In this document: positions 36,414 through 45,401 of the stretch, piece after piece | Layout: the number at the start of each line of letters is the position of its first letter | How positions within the stretch are numbered: position 1 is the stretch's first letter | IMG/VR virus record: IMGVR_UViG_3300046522_000316 | Location: 250,290-314,289 of that record | DNA length: 64,000 bases | Source: a virus | Lineage: Duplodnaviria > Caudoviricetes | Direction: 5' to 3' (one strand) | Notes under the pieces: model-generated | Told to the model about the DNA's origin: nothing | Database searches by the model: none | Seen by the model: the letters and a program-made list of their open reading frames with translations, nothing else | Made by a program: the position numbers and the translations under genes

Positions 36414-36503
36414 TTTAACTTCCTCTATTGCGTGAGTGTGTGAATCGTGGGCGCAACTTGCCCGACTGGATTTCATTGTACCTATGCACCGACGAACGGT
36501 CAA
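36414..36503 (-). promoter_or_regulatory. sigma70-type promoter plus family-A leader
   Basis: TTGACC(36503-36498)-17 bp-TACAAT(36480-36475); CACACTCACGCAATAGAGGAAG. Confidence 0.8.
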
Positions 36504-36504
36504 C

Positions 36505-36532
36505 AAACGAAAACAGCCCCTACAGGGGCCGC
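36505..36532 (-). terminator. intrinsic terminator
   Basis: GCGGCCCC-TGTA-GGGGCTGT-TTTCGTTT. Confidence 0.65.
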
Positions 36533-36921
36533 TTGCACTCGCTACAGCATCGTTTGAGCTTCAGGCCGTTACGACCTTGTGCCCATTGCAGAAACAGCCC
36601 TTCACGTTCGCCAAGGCCCGTTAGCACGTTGCCTATGTCGTGGGTTGCACTGGCGGCAATGGAAAGCGCTTTCGCTTCGCTGGCAGTCACCGGGTCAGGG
36701 CGCAACACCATGTCGGTTTTCGAACGGGCCTTTGCATCGTCGCGCAATCGTTCCATTGTCGCGGCTGCTGATTTGTACCCGTAACGTTTCAGGTCAGCAA
36801 TGCAGCGCGCCAACTGGTAAGCCGAAACTTCGTGAATCACGGCGTAATCGTGATTCGTCGAGAAATAATATTTCACGGTTTCATTCCTTCGGGATTTTGA
36901 AAGCCAGATGGTCACTGCCAA
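36520..36921 (-). CDS. hypothetical protein
   Basis: Tiled ORF; C-terminal CxxC. Confidence 0.55.
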   Translation of the reverse strand: MAVTIWLSKSRRNETVKYYFSTNHDYAVIHEVSAYQLARCIADLKRYGYKSAAATMERLRDDAKARSKTDMVLRPDPVTASEAKALSIAASATHDIGNVLTGLGEREGLFLQWAQGRNGLKLKRCCSECKRPL

Positions 36922-37564
36922 TCCACGTGCCGTTCGTGGCCGACAGATATTCTATCGTGTTGAATTTGCCGTCGATCAACTGGCGCGGATTTACCACCAC
37001 GACATAATCTAGGCCGGGCATGTAATAGTTTACAGTTTTGAACATGCGCTGAAGGTCGAAGCCGAGAACGGATTCCATGACGGGCGATTCTGGATAAAGA
37101 AACATCACCCGGTAAAAACCATCCTGCCCCAAAATGCCGGGCAGCGTAGCAATCGAACAATCCAGCGTTTCATTTACTTGCAGGTCTACGCCATCCTTTA
37201 AAACGTCGAGGCGCATAATTGTACGACCGTTGCGCAACGCGGTTGCCAATTGATCAAGCCACGGCTCGTTTTGCGTCACGGTGTTGTGCGTGCCCGTGCG
37301 ATAGTGGAATGACAAATCAGGACTGCGCAGCGTCACGCAGTAATCGTTATGTTCCATCCATGCACAGAAAATGTGGTGGTGTGCTTTGGCCCAAATTGGC
37401 GCAGTGTCGATTCCGTAAACCTGCGCGATACGCAGATGCGCACGGAAACCAAAAAGTGCCGCGATCAAATACATCAGCGACGGCAGCACGTATTTAACGA
37501 AAACGAAAAGCAGGGCAGCAGTGCCCAAAACTTTTAGAATCGTGGACATAATCTCGGTGGTCAT
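36881..37564 (-). CDS. membrane-anchored hypothetical protein
   Basis: N-terminal TM; GAGGAAG SD. Confidence 0.65.
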   Translation of the reverse strand: MTTEIMSTILKVLGTAALLFVFVKYVLPSLMYLIAALFGFRAHLRIAQVYGIDTAPIWAKAHHHIFCAWMEHNDYCVTLRSPDLSFHYRTGTHNTVTQNEPWLDQLATALRNGRTIMRLDVLKDGVDLQVNETLDCSIATLPGILGQDGFYRVMFLYPESPVMESVLGFDLQRMFKTVNYYMPGLDYVVVVNPRQLIDGKFNTIEYLSATNGTWIGSDHLAFKIPKE

Positions 37565-37602
37565 CTTCTACTTCCTCAGTTGTGAATCGGATTTCATCCC
37601 GT

Positions 37603-37628
37603 TGCACACTCTAGCATCAGAATGTGCA
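37603..37628 (-). promoter_or_regulatory. family-C intergenic hairpin
   Basis: TGCACATTCTG-ATGC-TAGAGTGTGCA; two G.U pairs possible only on - strand. Confidence 0.45.
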
Positions 37629-37635
37629 GCAGTGA

Positions 37636-38103
37636 TTAGTCCAGCGGGATCGCTACGATATAGTAAGCAGGCGCGTGTGCGTCTGGCCCCATATCCGGGT
37701 TGTATTTGCGGTTGTAGGCAACGCTCCACGCATCACGTTCTTCTGCCGTGTCGAATTCCAGCAGGTCGTCACGTTTGTTGCCCCAGCCACGTTCGTATTC
37801 CCGCGTTTCCGCGTAGAATTTTCCGGGGCTGCGAGTTTTTACAACGCGGCGTGTGTCGGAAGGTTCCAGAATCGAAAAGTCCGGGGCCGCAATGGTCGCC
37901 ACTACAGAAGCATCGAGCTTTTCTTTGTCGAGCATGGATTGAGTTTTGAACTCGTTCCATTCTTGTTCGTTGACCTCACGCCCGCCGAGGCCAATTTCCT
38001 TGGCTGCGTCATCCGGCCAAAGAACTGATTTTCTTTTGGTGGTGTCATTGACGACCATCACCATACCTTTGAACGGGCCTTTTTTGATCGTATTAAAAGT
38101 CAT
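37636..38103 (-). CDS. hypothetical protein
   Basis: GGAG SD. Confidence 0.65.
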   Translation of the reverse strand: MTFNTIKKGPFKGMVMVVNDTTKRKSVLWPDDAAKEIGLGGREVNEQEWNEFKTQSMLDKEKLDASVVATIAAPDFSILEPSDTRRVVKTRSPGKFYAETREYERGWGNKRDDLLEFDTAEERDAWSVAYNRKYNPDMGPDAHAPAYYIVAIPLD

Positions 38104-38305
38104 GGCGTTTCTCCTTCGGTTTTAATTTCCGTGCGTGCTGCATATAAGCCACGCGGTCAATTTTGTATTCGTAAGCGGCCATCAGAAAACCGTTACGCCT
38201 AGCGTTTAAGAAATGACGCTGCGAATAACGCGCCCAGTCAACCGCGCTTTGATAATCTTGCGCCGCGATAAAAACCGGGTCAGCCTCATAATCAGTTTTG
38301 TACAT
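38093..38305 (-). CDS. hypothetical protein
   Basis: Tiled ORF. Confidence 0.55.
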   Translation of the reverse strand: MYKTDYEADPVFIAAQDYQSAVDWARYSQRHFLNARRNGFLMAAYEYKIDRVAYMQHARKLKPKEKRHDF

Positions 38306-38552
38306 GACTCAGAGCCTTCCGCTTGAACGGGGTTTCCGCGTCCTGCGAGTTGAACCATTCCAGCAGAGCGGAACGGCGATAACGCCCCACAATGACTACA
38401 GAGCCAAAGCGGGAATCAATACGGCCTGTTTGCGTCTGACTGGCGGCGTCAGGAACAGGAAACAATTTAGCGCGGTCACGCAAAGCGCTTTCGGTTACTT
38501 GCGTGTGACCGGCCAAATCTTTAAGTGACCACAAAGGTTCGCGTGCTTTCAT
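38292..38552 (-). CDS. excisionase/AlpA-like winged HTH protein
   Basis: WSLKDLAGHTQVTESALRDR...FPVP...RYRRSALLEWF. Confidence 0.55.
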   Translation of the reverse strand: MKAREPLWSLKDLAGHTQVTESALRDRAKLFPVPDAASQTQTGRIDSRFGSVVIVGRYRRSALLEWFNSQDAETPFKRKALSHVQN

Positions 38553-38938
38553 ATATCTGCGTCCATAGCTGCTTTACGTTTTGCCGCCGCTTGCTGTGCG
38601 TTCCACTTCTTGCCAGCAGCGCGGGTAAATGTTTTGCGGAAGCTCCAGCGGAAAATGCCGCTCCAGCTTGATTCGTTGTTGCTTGTGCTTTCGACGCCAG
38701 AATTAAGCAGGCCCCACACAAACAAATCCACGAACAACGCACGCACGAAACGCTTGAACACGCGCCACATGGAAACGCCGCATTTGTAGAACACGACAGT
38801 CTCATACAGGCCGTGACTCAAACCGCGCAGCAACGGGCGAGCCGCAATAAAAGTCATGACTGGCAAAATCACAAAGCCCGTCATAAAGCAGGCCGCGATG
38901 TACCAGTGTGGGAACCAACCCATAAATGTTTGCATCAT
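38549..38938 (-). CDS. membrane protein
   Basis: TM WYIAACFMTGFVILPVMTFI. Confidence 0.6.
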   Translation of the reverse strand: MMQTFMGWFPHWYIAACFMTGFVILPVMTFIAARPLLRGLSHGLYETVVFYKCGVSMWRVFKRFVRALFVDLFVWGLLNSGVESTSNNESSWSGIFRWSFRKTFTRAAGKKWNAQQAAAKRKAAMDADI

Positions 38939-39168
38939 GTCTTAATCCCCACGGTGTGTTTAGTTTCCGCAAAAACCGGGCGCGGTCGTGCGGACGTTGG
39001 ATTCGGGTACGCAGTCACACGTGCCCAGTAAACCTCCCCGAAATAATCACGCGCTTCAGGATCGTCCTGAAACACGAAATCATATTCGAGGGTGAAACCG
39101 TCTTCGTCGAAATGCAGAGCGACGTAAGTTGTGTCGCCGTCCCGACCGACTGAAAAATTATTGAACAT
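38935..39168 (-). CDS. hypothetical protein
   Basis: Coupled tiled ORF. Confidence 0.55.
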   Translation of the reverse strand: MFNNFSVGRDGDTTYVALHFDEDGFTLEYDFVFQDDPEARDYFGEVYWARVTAYPNPTSARPRPVFAETKHTVGIKT

Positions 39169-39171
39169 GAT

Positions 39172-39444
39172 TTATTCCACCTTGAGTTCAGGATGCAGCA
39201 GACCTTCGGCTTTCAGTACCTGCTGAAAATCATAGGCGCCCATGCCAACGTGTTTGCGGGAACCGTGAACGGCGGTCAGGATAAAATAATCATCGTCGTC
39301 CACGGTGAACGTGCAGATCAAAACGTTTTTGCCGCTGATCACAGTTTCCACACTAAACAACCGCACGTTCGAAAACTGGTTAACGTGCGCCACGTGATGT
39401 TCAGCAGAGAAAAAGCTTTTTATGGTTGCGATTGAATTGTGCAT
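39172..39444 (-). CDS. hypothetical protein
   Basis: AGGGA SD. Confidence 0.6.
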   Translation of the reverse strand: MHNSIATIKSFFSAEHHVAHVNQFSNVRLFSVETVISGKNVLICTFTVDDDDYFILTAVHGSRKHVGMGAYDFQQVLKAEGLLHPELKVE

Positions 39445-39477
39445 TTTAAAATCCCTGTAGGGTCAGTTTCGTCACGC

Positions 39478-39505
39478 CTGCGCACCCATGCTATCCGGTG
39501 CGCAG
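39478..39505 (-). promoter_or_regulatory. family-C intergenic hairpin (TAGCAT in loop)
   Basis: CTGCGCACC-GGATAGCATG-GGTGCGCAG. Confidence 0.5.
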
Positions 39506-39520
39506 AATTAACTAGCTGTT

Positions 39521-39694
39521 TTATTCCACGTGGCTGCACGCCGAATTTTCTTCGCCGTGGAACACCGTGTCAATCTGCGCATACACGCGGCCATTGTAAA
39601 AAGCGACGTGGTAATCAATCTGCGCGTCGTCTTCAAAAATGGTCTGATCGGCGTATGTGATTTGCCGGTCGTTAGAACTCACAAATGCAAACAT
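39521..39694 (-). CDS. small hypothetical protein
   Basis: Start reassigned to MFAFVS (AGGGG SD). Confidence 0.5.
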   Translation of the reverse strand: MFAFVSSNDRQITYADQTIFEDDAQIDYHVAFYNGRVYAQIDTVFHGEENSACSHVE

Positions 39695-39704
39695 GTCATT
39701 CCCC

Positions 39705-40307
39705 TTAATTAGCCAGTTCCAGATCGTCGAGGTTCCACCATTGGCACCCGACCAAATCTTCTTGCAGCCACACGCGGCCTTCAGAAAGCACGTCGCGAAC
39801 AACTGCGGTTTTATTATCCACGCGACCTTCCGGGCATTCGTGGTGCTTCACAGTGGAGCGCAGACGCACAACCGAATTTTTTGCGATCACGGTGCGCGCT
39901 TCCTGTTCCAGCAATTTAAAACCGTAGTGGTCAGAGTTGCCTTTCTGGAACACTTCCAACAACTGGCCGTACATTTCCATTTTCTGGCCCGGCTTCAAAA
40001 GGATGCGAATTCCTTTTGGCTGCTTCGACGATGTAATCATCGCGCCGATATTATTCAGCCAGAATTTTTCGTGGCCCAATCGGTCGCAACGTGCCTCGGA
40101 TTCTACCGGGCATTCGTTGTAGGCCTGCGCGTAGTAGGCAGCACAGCCCGGCGCGACTTCCGGGTACAGATTGCCGTGATTGCGGGTTTCTTTCGACACG
40201 CAGAATTTCAGGCCGGTCAGATTATCAACCTGTTCTAGGGTCAGAGCGATTACGTCTTGCTCAAGGTCGATAATGTCGAAAGCTGGGAAAGAGGCGACGA
40301 TTTTCAT
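39705..40307 (-). CDS. hypothetical protein with C-terminal SH3-like beta domain
   Basis: AAGGA SD; VVRLR...AVVRDV...VWL...WWNLDDLEL. Confidence 0.65.
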   Translation of the reverse strand: MKIVASFPAFDIIDLEQDVIALTLEQVDNLTGLKFCVSKETRNHGNLYPEVAPGCAAYYAQAYNECPVESEARCDRLGHEKFWLNNIGAMITSSKQPKGIRILLKPGQKMEMYGQLLEVFQKGNSDHYGFKLLEQEARTVIAKNSVVRLRSTVKHHECPEGRVDNKTAVVRDVLSEGRVWLQEDLVGCQWWNLDDLELAN

Positions 40308-40348
40308 TTTTGAATTCCTTTACTGTTAGGAGAATGTTTTGCAGCGGT

Positions 40349-40492
40349 TTAGATTTTGGTAGCGCCACGCGGTTTAGGTGCGTTGCGTTTGGCGCGGCGT
40401 TCGAAGTAAACGAAGGTGCCCATGATCGCCAGTACACCAGCCAAGACAGCGATTTCTTTTACGTGGCCGATTGCGGTAGTAGCGTATTCCAT
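40349..40492 (-). CDS. 47-aa membrane peptide
   Basis: Hand-translated MEYATTAIGHVKEIAVLAGVLAIMGTFVYFERRAKRNAPKPRGATKI*; AAGGA SD. Confidence 0.6.
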   Translation of the reverse strand: MEYATTAIGHVKEIAVLAGVLAIMGTFVYFERRAKRNAPKPRGATKI

Positions 40493-40503
40493 TTCGGTGT
40501 TCC

Positions 40504-40731
40504 TTAAACGTTGACGTTAACAGAGTTGATTGTGACTTCGATGTGCGGCTGTTCATCGCGGGCATAAAAAGTGCTGACCACCATGCCCGGCGTTGAACCG
40601 TCTTTGCACTTTTCAATTGCTGCCTCTTCGGATTCAGCAACAACGGTGCGCGTAATGTTTTTCGACAGCTTGGTTTCCATCAGAGTGTTGAACATGGTCA
40701 CGTTGATGATGCATTTGTAAGCGCGTTTCAT
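40504..40731 (-). CDS. hypothetical protein
   Basis: GAGG SD. Confidence 0.55.
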   Translation of the reverse strand: MKRAYKCIINVTMFNTLMETKLSKNITRTVVAESEEAAIEKCKDGSTPGMVVSTFYARDEQPHIEVTINSVNVNV

Positions 40732-40740
40732 TTTTGGGCC

Positions 40741-40881
40741 TCAGATGGATTTGCGAAAGCGGCGAGCGGCTTCGGTGATTTGTTTTTCGCGGGCTTCTTG
40801 TTCCATGCGAATTTGCAAATCCCAATTCCATGTCGCGGTTTTGGTTGCCGGTTTGCGTTTGGTGCTAGTTGCGTAGGCCAT
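40741..40881 (-). CDS. 46-aa early peptide
   Basis: Hand-translated MAYATSTKRKPATKTATWNWDLQIRMEQEAREKQITEAARRFRKSI*; follows family-A leader. Confidence 0.65.
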   Translation of the reverse strand: MAYATSTKRKPATKTATWNWDLQIRMEQEAREKQITEAARRFRKSI

Positions 40882-40974
40882 GATTCAAACTTCCCTAATT
40901 GCGTGAGTGGCTTTTCTGCGGGCAGCAGAAGCCCGATTGAGGCCAAAGGTATCAAAGGCCCATATAGGCGTCAA
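40882..40974 (-). promoter_or_regulatory. sigma70-type promoter plus family-A leader
   Basis: TTGACG(40974-40969)-17 bp-TACCTT(40951-40946) with TG; CACTCACGCAATTAGGGAAG. Confidence 0.7.
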
Positions 40975-41040
40975 CAAGTTTCTGCACAGCCCCACAGAAC
41001 GCCCCACAGCCACGCGCACGCGTATAGAGGAAGAACCGAA

Positions 41041-41087
41041 CGCCAGAAACGACAAAGGCCCCGCCAGCGTGAACTGGGGAGCCTTGA
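41041..41087 (-). terminator. probable intrinsic terminator
   Basis: AAGGCTCCCC...GCGGGGCCTTTGTCGTTTCTGG. Confidence 0.5.
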
Positions 41088-41094
41088 GGTTGTG

Positions 41095-41400
41095 CTACGG
41101 GTCTACTGTCACTTCGCGGGATGCAAACCATTGCCCGGTCTTCTTGCTTTGGTAAATCTCCTTATAGCTGCCTTCGTACACCGTTCCGTAATCGCCACGT
41201 TTCGCACGGTCTAGGTTTCGATCCTCTTCAACCTGTCGGCGCAATGACTGGTTTTCGTTTTCCAGTTGCGCGTTACGGCAAATCGACGCGAGCAACTTTC
41301 TACGCGCCGAAACCAAACTGCCCAAAAGTCGCAGGATCAAAATCAGCAACAGGATAAAACCCAGCGTCACCACAAACGTCAGAACCAAATCGGGTTCCAT
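41095..41400 (-). CDS. membrane-anchored coiled-coil protein
   Basis: N-terminal TM LVLTFVVTLGFILLLILIL. Confidence 0.65.
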   Translation of the reverse strand: MEPDLVLTFVVTLGFILLLILILRLLGSLVSARRKLLASICRNAQLENENQSLRRQVEEDRNLDRAKRGDYGTVYEGSYKEIYQSKKTGQWFASREVTVDP

Positions 41401-41410
41401 ACACGCCCCC

Positions 41411-41806
41411 TTACGAATGGCAGTCGATTTTTATTTTCGTGCCTGTATCCCGTGCGGCGGTTTCCAAACTCGGGCGCATGTAGTCTGCGTTTTTCGCACA
41501 CATCGGGGCCGCGCTTTCTTTGCCGTAGAAATCTGCCAGCGGGAAAGTACCGCATTCGCCAGCAGACATTTTTGTAGGCGGTGCGCAAACTTCGAACTTG
41601 AGAGCGGCCAGCGATGCAAACTGGCTCACAGGCAAACCAGATTTGCACTCGAACGTACCGGCGCGCTTTTCAAGCTTTGCCCGTTCGGTCATTCCGTCGC
41701 GGTTGAAGCTGCACATATAGGATGCTTGCGCCGAGTAGAAATCCGCGACTCGAATTTCCTTGCACGGCTGCCCTGCCAAACACAATTTTAACATCAGCGA
41801 AAACAT
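41411..41806 (-). CDS. protein of two tandem four-Cys repeats
   Basis: C...C....ADFY...A..MC..N...M...C occurs twice; AAGGA SD. Confidence 0.65.
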   Translation of the reverse strand: MFSLMLKLCLAGQPCKEIRVADFYSAQASYMCSFNRDGMTERAKLEKRAGTFECKSGLPVSQFASLAALKFEVCAPPTKMSAGECGTFPLADFYGKESAAPMCAKNADYMRPSLETAARDTGTKIKIDCHS

Positions 41807-41815
41807 GGCGAGTCC

Positions 41816-42334
41816 TTATTTCTTGATTTCGATTTTGGTGCCCATTTCGTCAGACGCCCATTTCAGCGCGTCTTTAACGTAGCGGGTCAATTCAGGCACC
41901 GATTCACAATCGTGATAGCCACGGTCGTTTTGAATGTAGAACGCTTGACGGCCTTTCGGGCGGAAAAACCACTGGTGCGAAAGTGGCACGTCGTAAACTT
42001 CTGGTTCATAGCAACGCGCAAACTGGAATTCCAATTTGTGCCCGCCGACGCAATGCAGAATCAGCGTCCAGTTGTAGGCGGTGCGGCCCATTGAACCGTC
42101 TTCGATCTTGCCGACCGTGAAACGCCCGCCATTACGTTTAACGTAGTCACACAGGCGGCGCATGATTTTATCCTGCCGAAGTTTCTCGACTTGGATAAGG
42201 CGCTGCAATTCTTCCGGCGATACGTTTCGCTCTTTTGCCGCTTTCAGATATTGCAGCGTATCGCGGGTAGTTGCGAACAGGTCTTGCAGCGACTGGAAAT
42301 TTAATTCGTGCGCTTCATTCCATGCAGTGGTCAT
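41816..42334 (-). CDS. hypothetical protein
   Basis: Tiled ORF, AGGA SD. Confidence 0.65.
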   Translation of the reverse strand: MTTAWNEAHELNFQSLQDLFATTRDTLQYLKAAKERNVSPEELQRLIQVEKLRQDKIMRRLCDYVKRNGGRFTVGKIEDGSMGRTAYNWTLILHCVGGHKLEFQFARCYEPEVYDVPLSHQWFFRPKGRQAFYIQNDRGYHDCESVPELTRYVKDALKWASDEMGTKIEIKK

Positions 42335-42337
42335 TTA

Positions 42338-42610
42338 TTATGTCCTGTTGATGGCGTCGAACAATTTAATGGACGCTGATTCTGTGCCGAAGTCCGGGCC
42401 GGGCGGGTACGCCTCTATATAACGTGCCCAGTCCTCTTTCGTGTTGATGTACAGGCGCAGTTTTGTAGCGTCCGGCCCGAACGACAGTGCTGAACTTTGA
42501 TCAACGCCGTAATAACGCTGCACCACGTATTTCGATTCAGCGGTGCGTTCAAGCGTGGCGTTGAATTTCGACAGATCGTTTTCCAGTTCCTCTTTAATTG
42601 TCGGCGTCAT
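42338..42610 (-). CDS. hypothetical protein
   Basis: Start reassigned to MTPTIK. Confidence 0.55.
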   Translation of the reverse strand: MTPTIKEELENDLSKFNATLERTAESKYVVQRYYGVDQSSALSFGPDATKLRLYINTKEDWARYIEAYPPGPDFGTESASIKLFDAINRT

Positions 42611-43073
42611 CCTTTTCGTCCTCCGGTTCAACGTAGCGCACAAGGTCGCATTTGTAATAATCGCCGTCAGCGCGCTTTTCAGAACGGCGGTGATCTTTGT
42701 AGCCGTTGGAATAAAGCCAGCCTTCGTCGATCAGCGACTTTTTCAATTTCGGATCGTCGTTGTAAGCAAGGCGCGGCTGTTCCTTGATCCACACTTGTTT
42801 CGTTTCTTTCAGCCTGCCGAGTAATTCGAAGCTGTCTTCAATAAGAAGCTCAGCGCGAATTTCTGCACGGTTGCCCAACGCGGCCATTAGCCCGCCACCG
42901 GAAATTATCACAGTGGCGAACGAGCGGTTGTTATTGCCGTCGCGCAAATTTATGTGCAGATCGAATTCGGTGTCGCAGTCGTGATCTTTACGACGCACAT
43001 CGTATTCGGTTTCACGGCGGTTGACGTTTACGCGGATCGGGTAAGTTTTCCCGGCTTTCATTTCCGTCCTCAC
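42594..43073 (-). CDS. hypothetical protein
   Basis: Tiled ORF. Confidence 0.6.
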   Translation of the reverse strand: MRTEMKAGKTYPIRVNVNRRETEYDVRRKDHDCDTEFDLHINLRDGNNNRSFATVIISGGGLMAALGNRAEIRAELLIEDSFELLGRLKETKQVWIKEQPRLAYNDDPKLKKSLIDEGWLYSNGYKDHRRSEKRADGDYYKCDLVRYVEPEDEKDDADN

Positions 43074-43705
43074 AGATAAGCGAACGTTTCCAATTCTGGC
43101 GGACGTTCTTCGTTCTTCAATTTACGCATGGCCCAAAGCGCGGTGCGCTTGCGGCCTTCGTCGTGCAGCAGGTTCAGCGGGAAAATATCTTTCGGTGGAG
43201 AATAAAAACGGCGCAGTGCATCCATCGGGTTCCGCGATTTAGGCGGAGTGTAGATTACCTGCACTTCGTGGCTCGCCATAATAAAGCGAATGACAAAGCC
43301 GTGCGTCATCATCGACAAAGTAAATTCGTCGTAAGTATCGCCGTCACAAGGGAAGCCCTCAAAATTCGGATAATCGAACTTTGGTTTCACTTCCACATTT
43401 ACAGTATCGGGATTCGATTTTGGCACGTCTTGCAATTCGTTGGCTTCGGCAATTGCCTTGGCCCGTGCCTCTTCACGTTCTGCACGCGTGAAAGGAATGT
43501 CGCGTACAGGAACAACAGGTTTTGCGTTACTCCAAAATCCGCCCGGTTCTTTTTCGACCGAAAAGGCGTCATCTGGCAATTGCAGGTCGGCGCTGGCTTC
43601 TAGCTTTCCGCTGGCGCGTGCCCCGAAGGTCATGCGATACAGAACCACAAGGCACAGAACGATGCCTAGCACGCATACAGCCAGTACATACTCTATATAG
43701 TCCAT
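43070..43705 (-). CDS. membrane-anchored hypothetical protein
   Basis: Start reassigned to MDYIEY (AAGGAGG SD); N-terminal TM. Confidence 0.65.
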   Translation of the reverse strand: MDYIEYVLAVCVLGIVLCLVVLYRMTFGARASGKLEASADLQLPDDAFSVEKEPGGFWSNAKPVVPVRDIPFTRAEREEARAKAIAEANELQDVPKSNPDTVNVEVKPKFDYPNFEGFPCDGDTYDEFTLSMMTHGFVIRFIMASHEVQVIYTPPKSRNPMDALRRFYSPPKDIFPLNLLHDEGRKRTALWAMRKLKNEERPPELETFAYL

Positions 43706-43747
43706 GCTAAATACCCTCCTTAGCATTTTGTGAGAAAACAGAAGTCG

Positions 43748-43785
43748 AAAAATAACCCCCTTTGCATTTACGCGCCGGGGGTGTT
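43748..43785 (-). terminator. probable intrinsic terminator after the KTSC gene
   Basis: ACCCCC...GGGGGT-TATTTTT. Confidence 0.5.
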
Positions 43786-43806
43786 TCGGTACAGCGCCCA
43801 TTTTTA

Positions 43807-45309
43807 TTACAGGGCGCGGAATTCATCGGCAGTAATTTTGCCGGTGAAAGTTGGTTGACCATCAAAGGACATGATCAGGCTGTACGGCAGTGCGCCTTTG
43901 TTCTCGGTCACGGCCACCAGTTGATCGTCACGGGTAACGATGCGAATCACGTTAACCATTTTTTCCTTGCTGCCTTTGATTACACGCACGCCCACGGTTT
44001 TGACTTGATCGCGGGTAGGCTTTTCCGAAACAACTTGCTTGGCAGCTTTTGGCGCCTTTTCAGCTTTTTCGAAATTCAGTTTTGCAGCCTTGCCGTTTAC
44101 AGTCTTGCGGGTGTTTTCAGCAGGCTTTGCAGCCGGGGCCGATGCTGCGGTTTTGCCAGCCTTCGACGGAACTTCGTGCAGGTCAGCAACGCGGAACTTG
44201 CCTTTGACCAAAACAATCGACAGCAAAGGAACACGCTTGCCGCTGGTGGTCACTACAACGCGTTCCTGCGTTTCTTTCACACGAACGATGCTCTGTACGG
44301 TTTCGTGTTTACGACCGTCCATGAAACCCTCGGCGCGCAATGCAGTAGTGCTGATTTCAGCAGCAGGCGCAGCGGCTTTCGGTGCAGCAGTTTTTGCAGC
44401 AGGTTTAACCGCAACGGTTTTCACCGGGGCTTTTTCGCTGGCGGCGTGTGCAGCTTGCGAAGCGGCCATTTTGTGGTTTTTAACCATTTTGCCTTTCTTG
44501 TCGTGGGCGATGTGCGACGAGAAATGTTTCCATGGTTGCGGCGATTGTTCGAATGCGCGAACTTCGCTCAGTGCAACGCCTTCGTATGCCCACACGGCGG
44601 CGTCTTTCAGAGTCACGAACAGGGTTTTCGTGTTGCGGTCGTACTCGGCACCGGTCAACTGAGTGCTGGTTTTGATGTTCAGGACGCGAATCGGGAACAC
44701 ACGGCCACCGGCAGCGGCTGGGGTTTCTTCTGGCAAATCTTCCTGTTCAACGGCAGCAGGTTTTTTGCCAGTGGCTTTCGGTGCAGCAGCGGCTTTTACA
44801 GGCGCCGAAGTTTCAGCCGGGGCGGTGTATTTTTCCACCATATCCAGTTTCACACGCAGCGCGCCGCGATTGTTGAATTCCAGATCGGCAACGGCGATTT
44901 TGCTGCCCTTGTCGGTTACGACGGTGCGCACGTCGTTGATTTTGGAAATGCGCAGAACGTTTTCCTTGGCGCGACCGATCATCACTACGCCCGCTTCACG
45001 AATGGCGCCCGATTTCAGTTCTTCGGCAACCGGCGCAGCGGCTTTCGGTGCAGCAGTTGCTTTCGGTGCAGCGGCAGCTTTTGCAGCGGCAGGCTTAACA
45101 GAAGCAGCAGCCGGTTTCGAAGCGTCGGCCTGTTTAGCGGCAAACTCTTTGCGCCAGTTTTTCAGGTCACGCAGTTTTACGCCGGGGGAAACTTCGGTGC
45201 CGATGCCGGGTACTTCCACGCCAGCTTTTTTGGCAGCGGAGATTTGCGCGGTCAGAGCGTCAACAGCAGCAACCAGCAGAGCAGTGGTGTTCAGAGTAGT
45301 GTTAGTCAT
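43807..45309 (-). CDS. 500-aa Ala/Lys-rich protein: three ~60-aa beta repeats plus central KTSC domain; putative nucleic-acid-binding protein
   Basis: STQLTGAEYDRNTKTLFVTLKDAAVWAYEGV...F..S....KHFSSHI matches the KTSC pattern; KPAA/PKAAA linkers; repeats at aa ~96-156, 318-376, 430-490. Confidence 0.8.
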   Translation of the reverse strand: MTNTTLNTTALLVAAVDALTAQISAAKKAGVEVPGIGTEVSPGVKLRDLKNWRKEFAAKQADASKPAAASVKPAAAKAAAAPKATAAPKAAAPVAEELKSGAIREAGVVMIGRAKENVLRISKINDVRTVVTDKGSKIAVADLEFNNRGALRVKLDMVEKYTAPAETSAPVKAAAAPKATGKKPAAVEQEDLPEETPAAAGGRVFPIRVLNIKTSTQLTGAEYDRNTKTLFVTLKDAAVWAYEGVALSEVRAFEQSPQPWKHFSSHIAHDKKGKMVKNHKMAASQAAHAASEKAPVKTVAVKPAAKTAAPKAAAPAAEISTTALRAEGFMDGRKHETVQSIVRVKETQERVVVTTSGKRVPLLSIVLVKGKFRVADLHEVPSKAGKTAASAPAAKPAENTRKTVNGKAAKLNFEKAEKAPKAAKQVVSEKPTRDQVKTVGVRVIKGSKEKMVNVIRIVTRDDQLVAVTENKGALPYSLIMSFDGQPTFTGKITADEFRAL

Positions 45310-45401
45310 TTCGAAACTTCCTAAATAGTGTGAGTGTGATACTGCGTCGGCGTGATTGCCGATTGGATTTCAGAATGCCATTACAGGCGCTTAGGTGTCA
45401 A
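45310..45401 (-). promoter_or_regulatory. sigma70-type promoter plus family-A leader
   Basis: TTGACA(45401-45396)-18 bp-CATTCT(45377-45372) with TG; CACACTCACACTATTTAGGAAG. Confidence 0.65.

Noticed and set aside
40728-40955. ORF-track N-terminal extensions through promoters and leaders (e.g. 40728..40955, 51804..52223, 34292..35581, 35949..36506, 7217..8224)
   Set aside because: They read through the promoter or leader motifs; SD-supported downstream starts were used instead.
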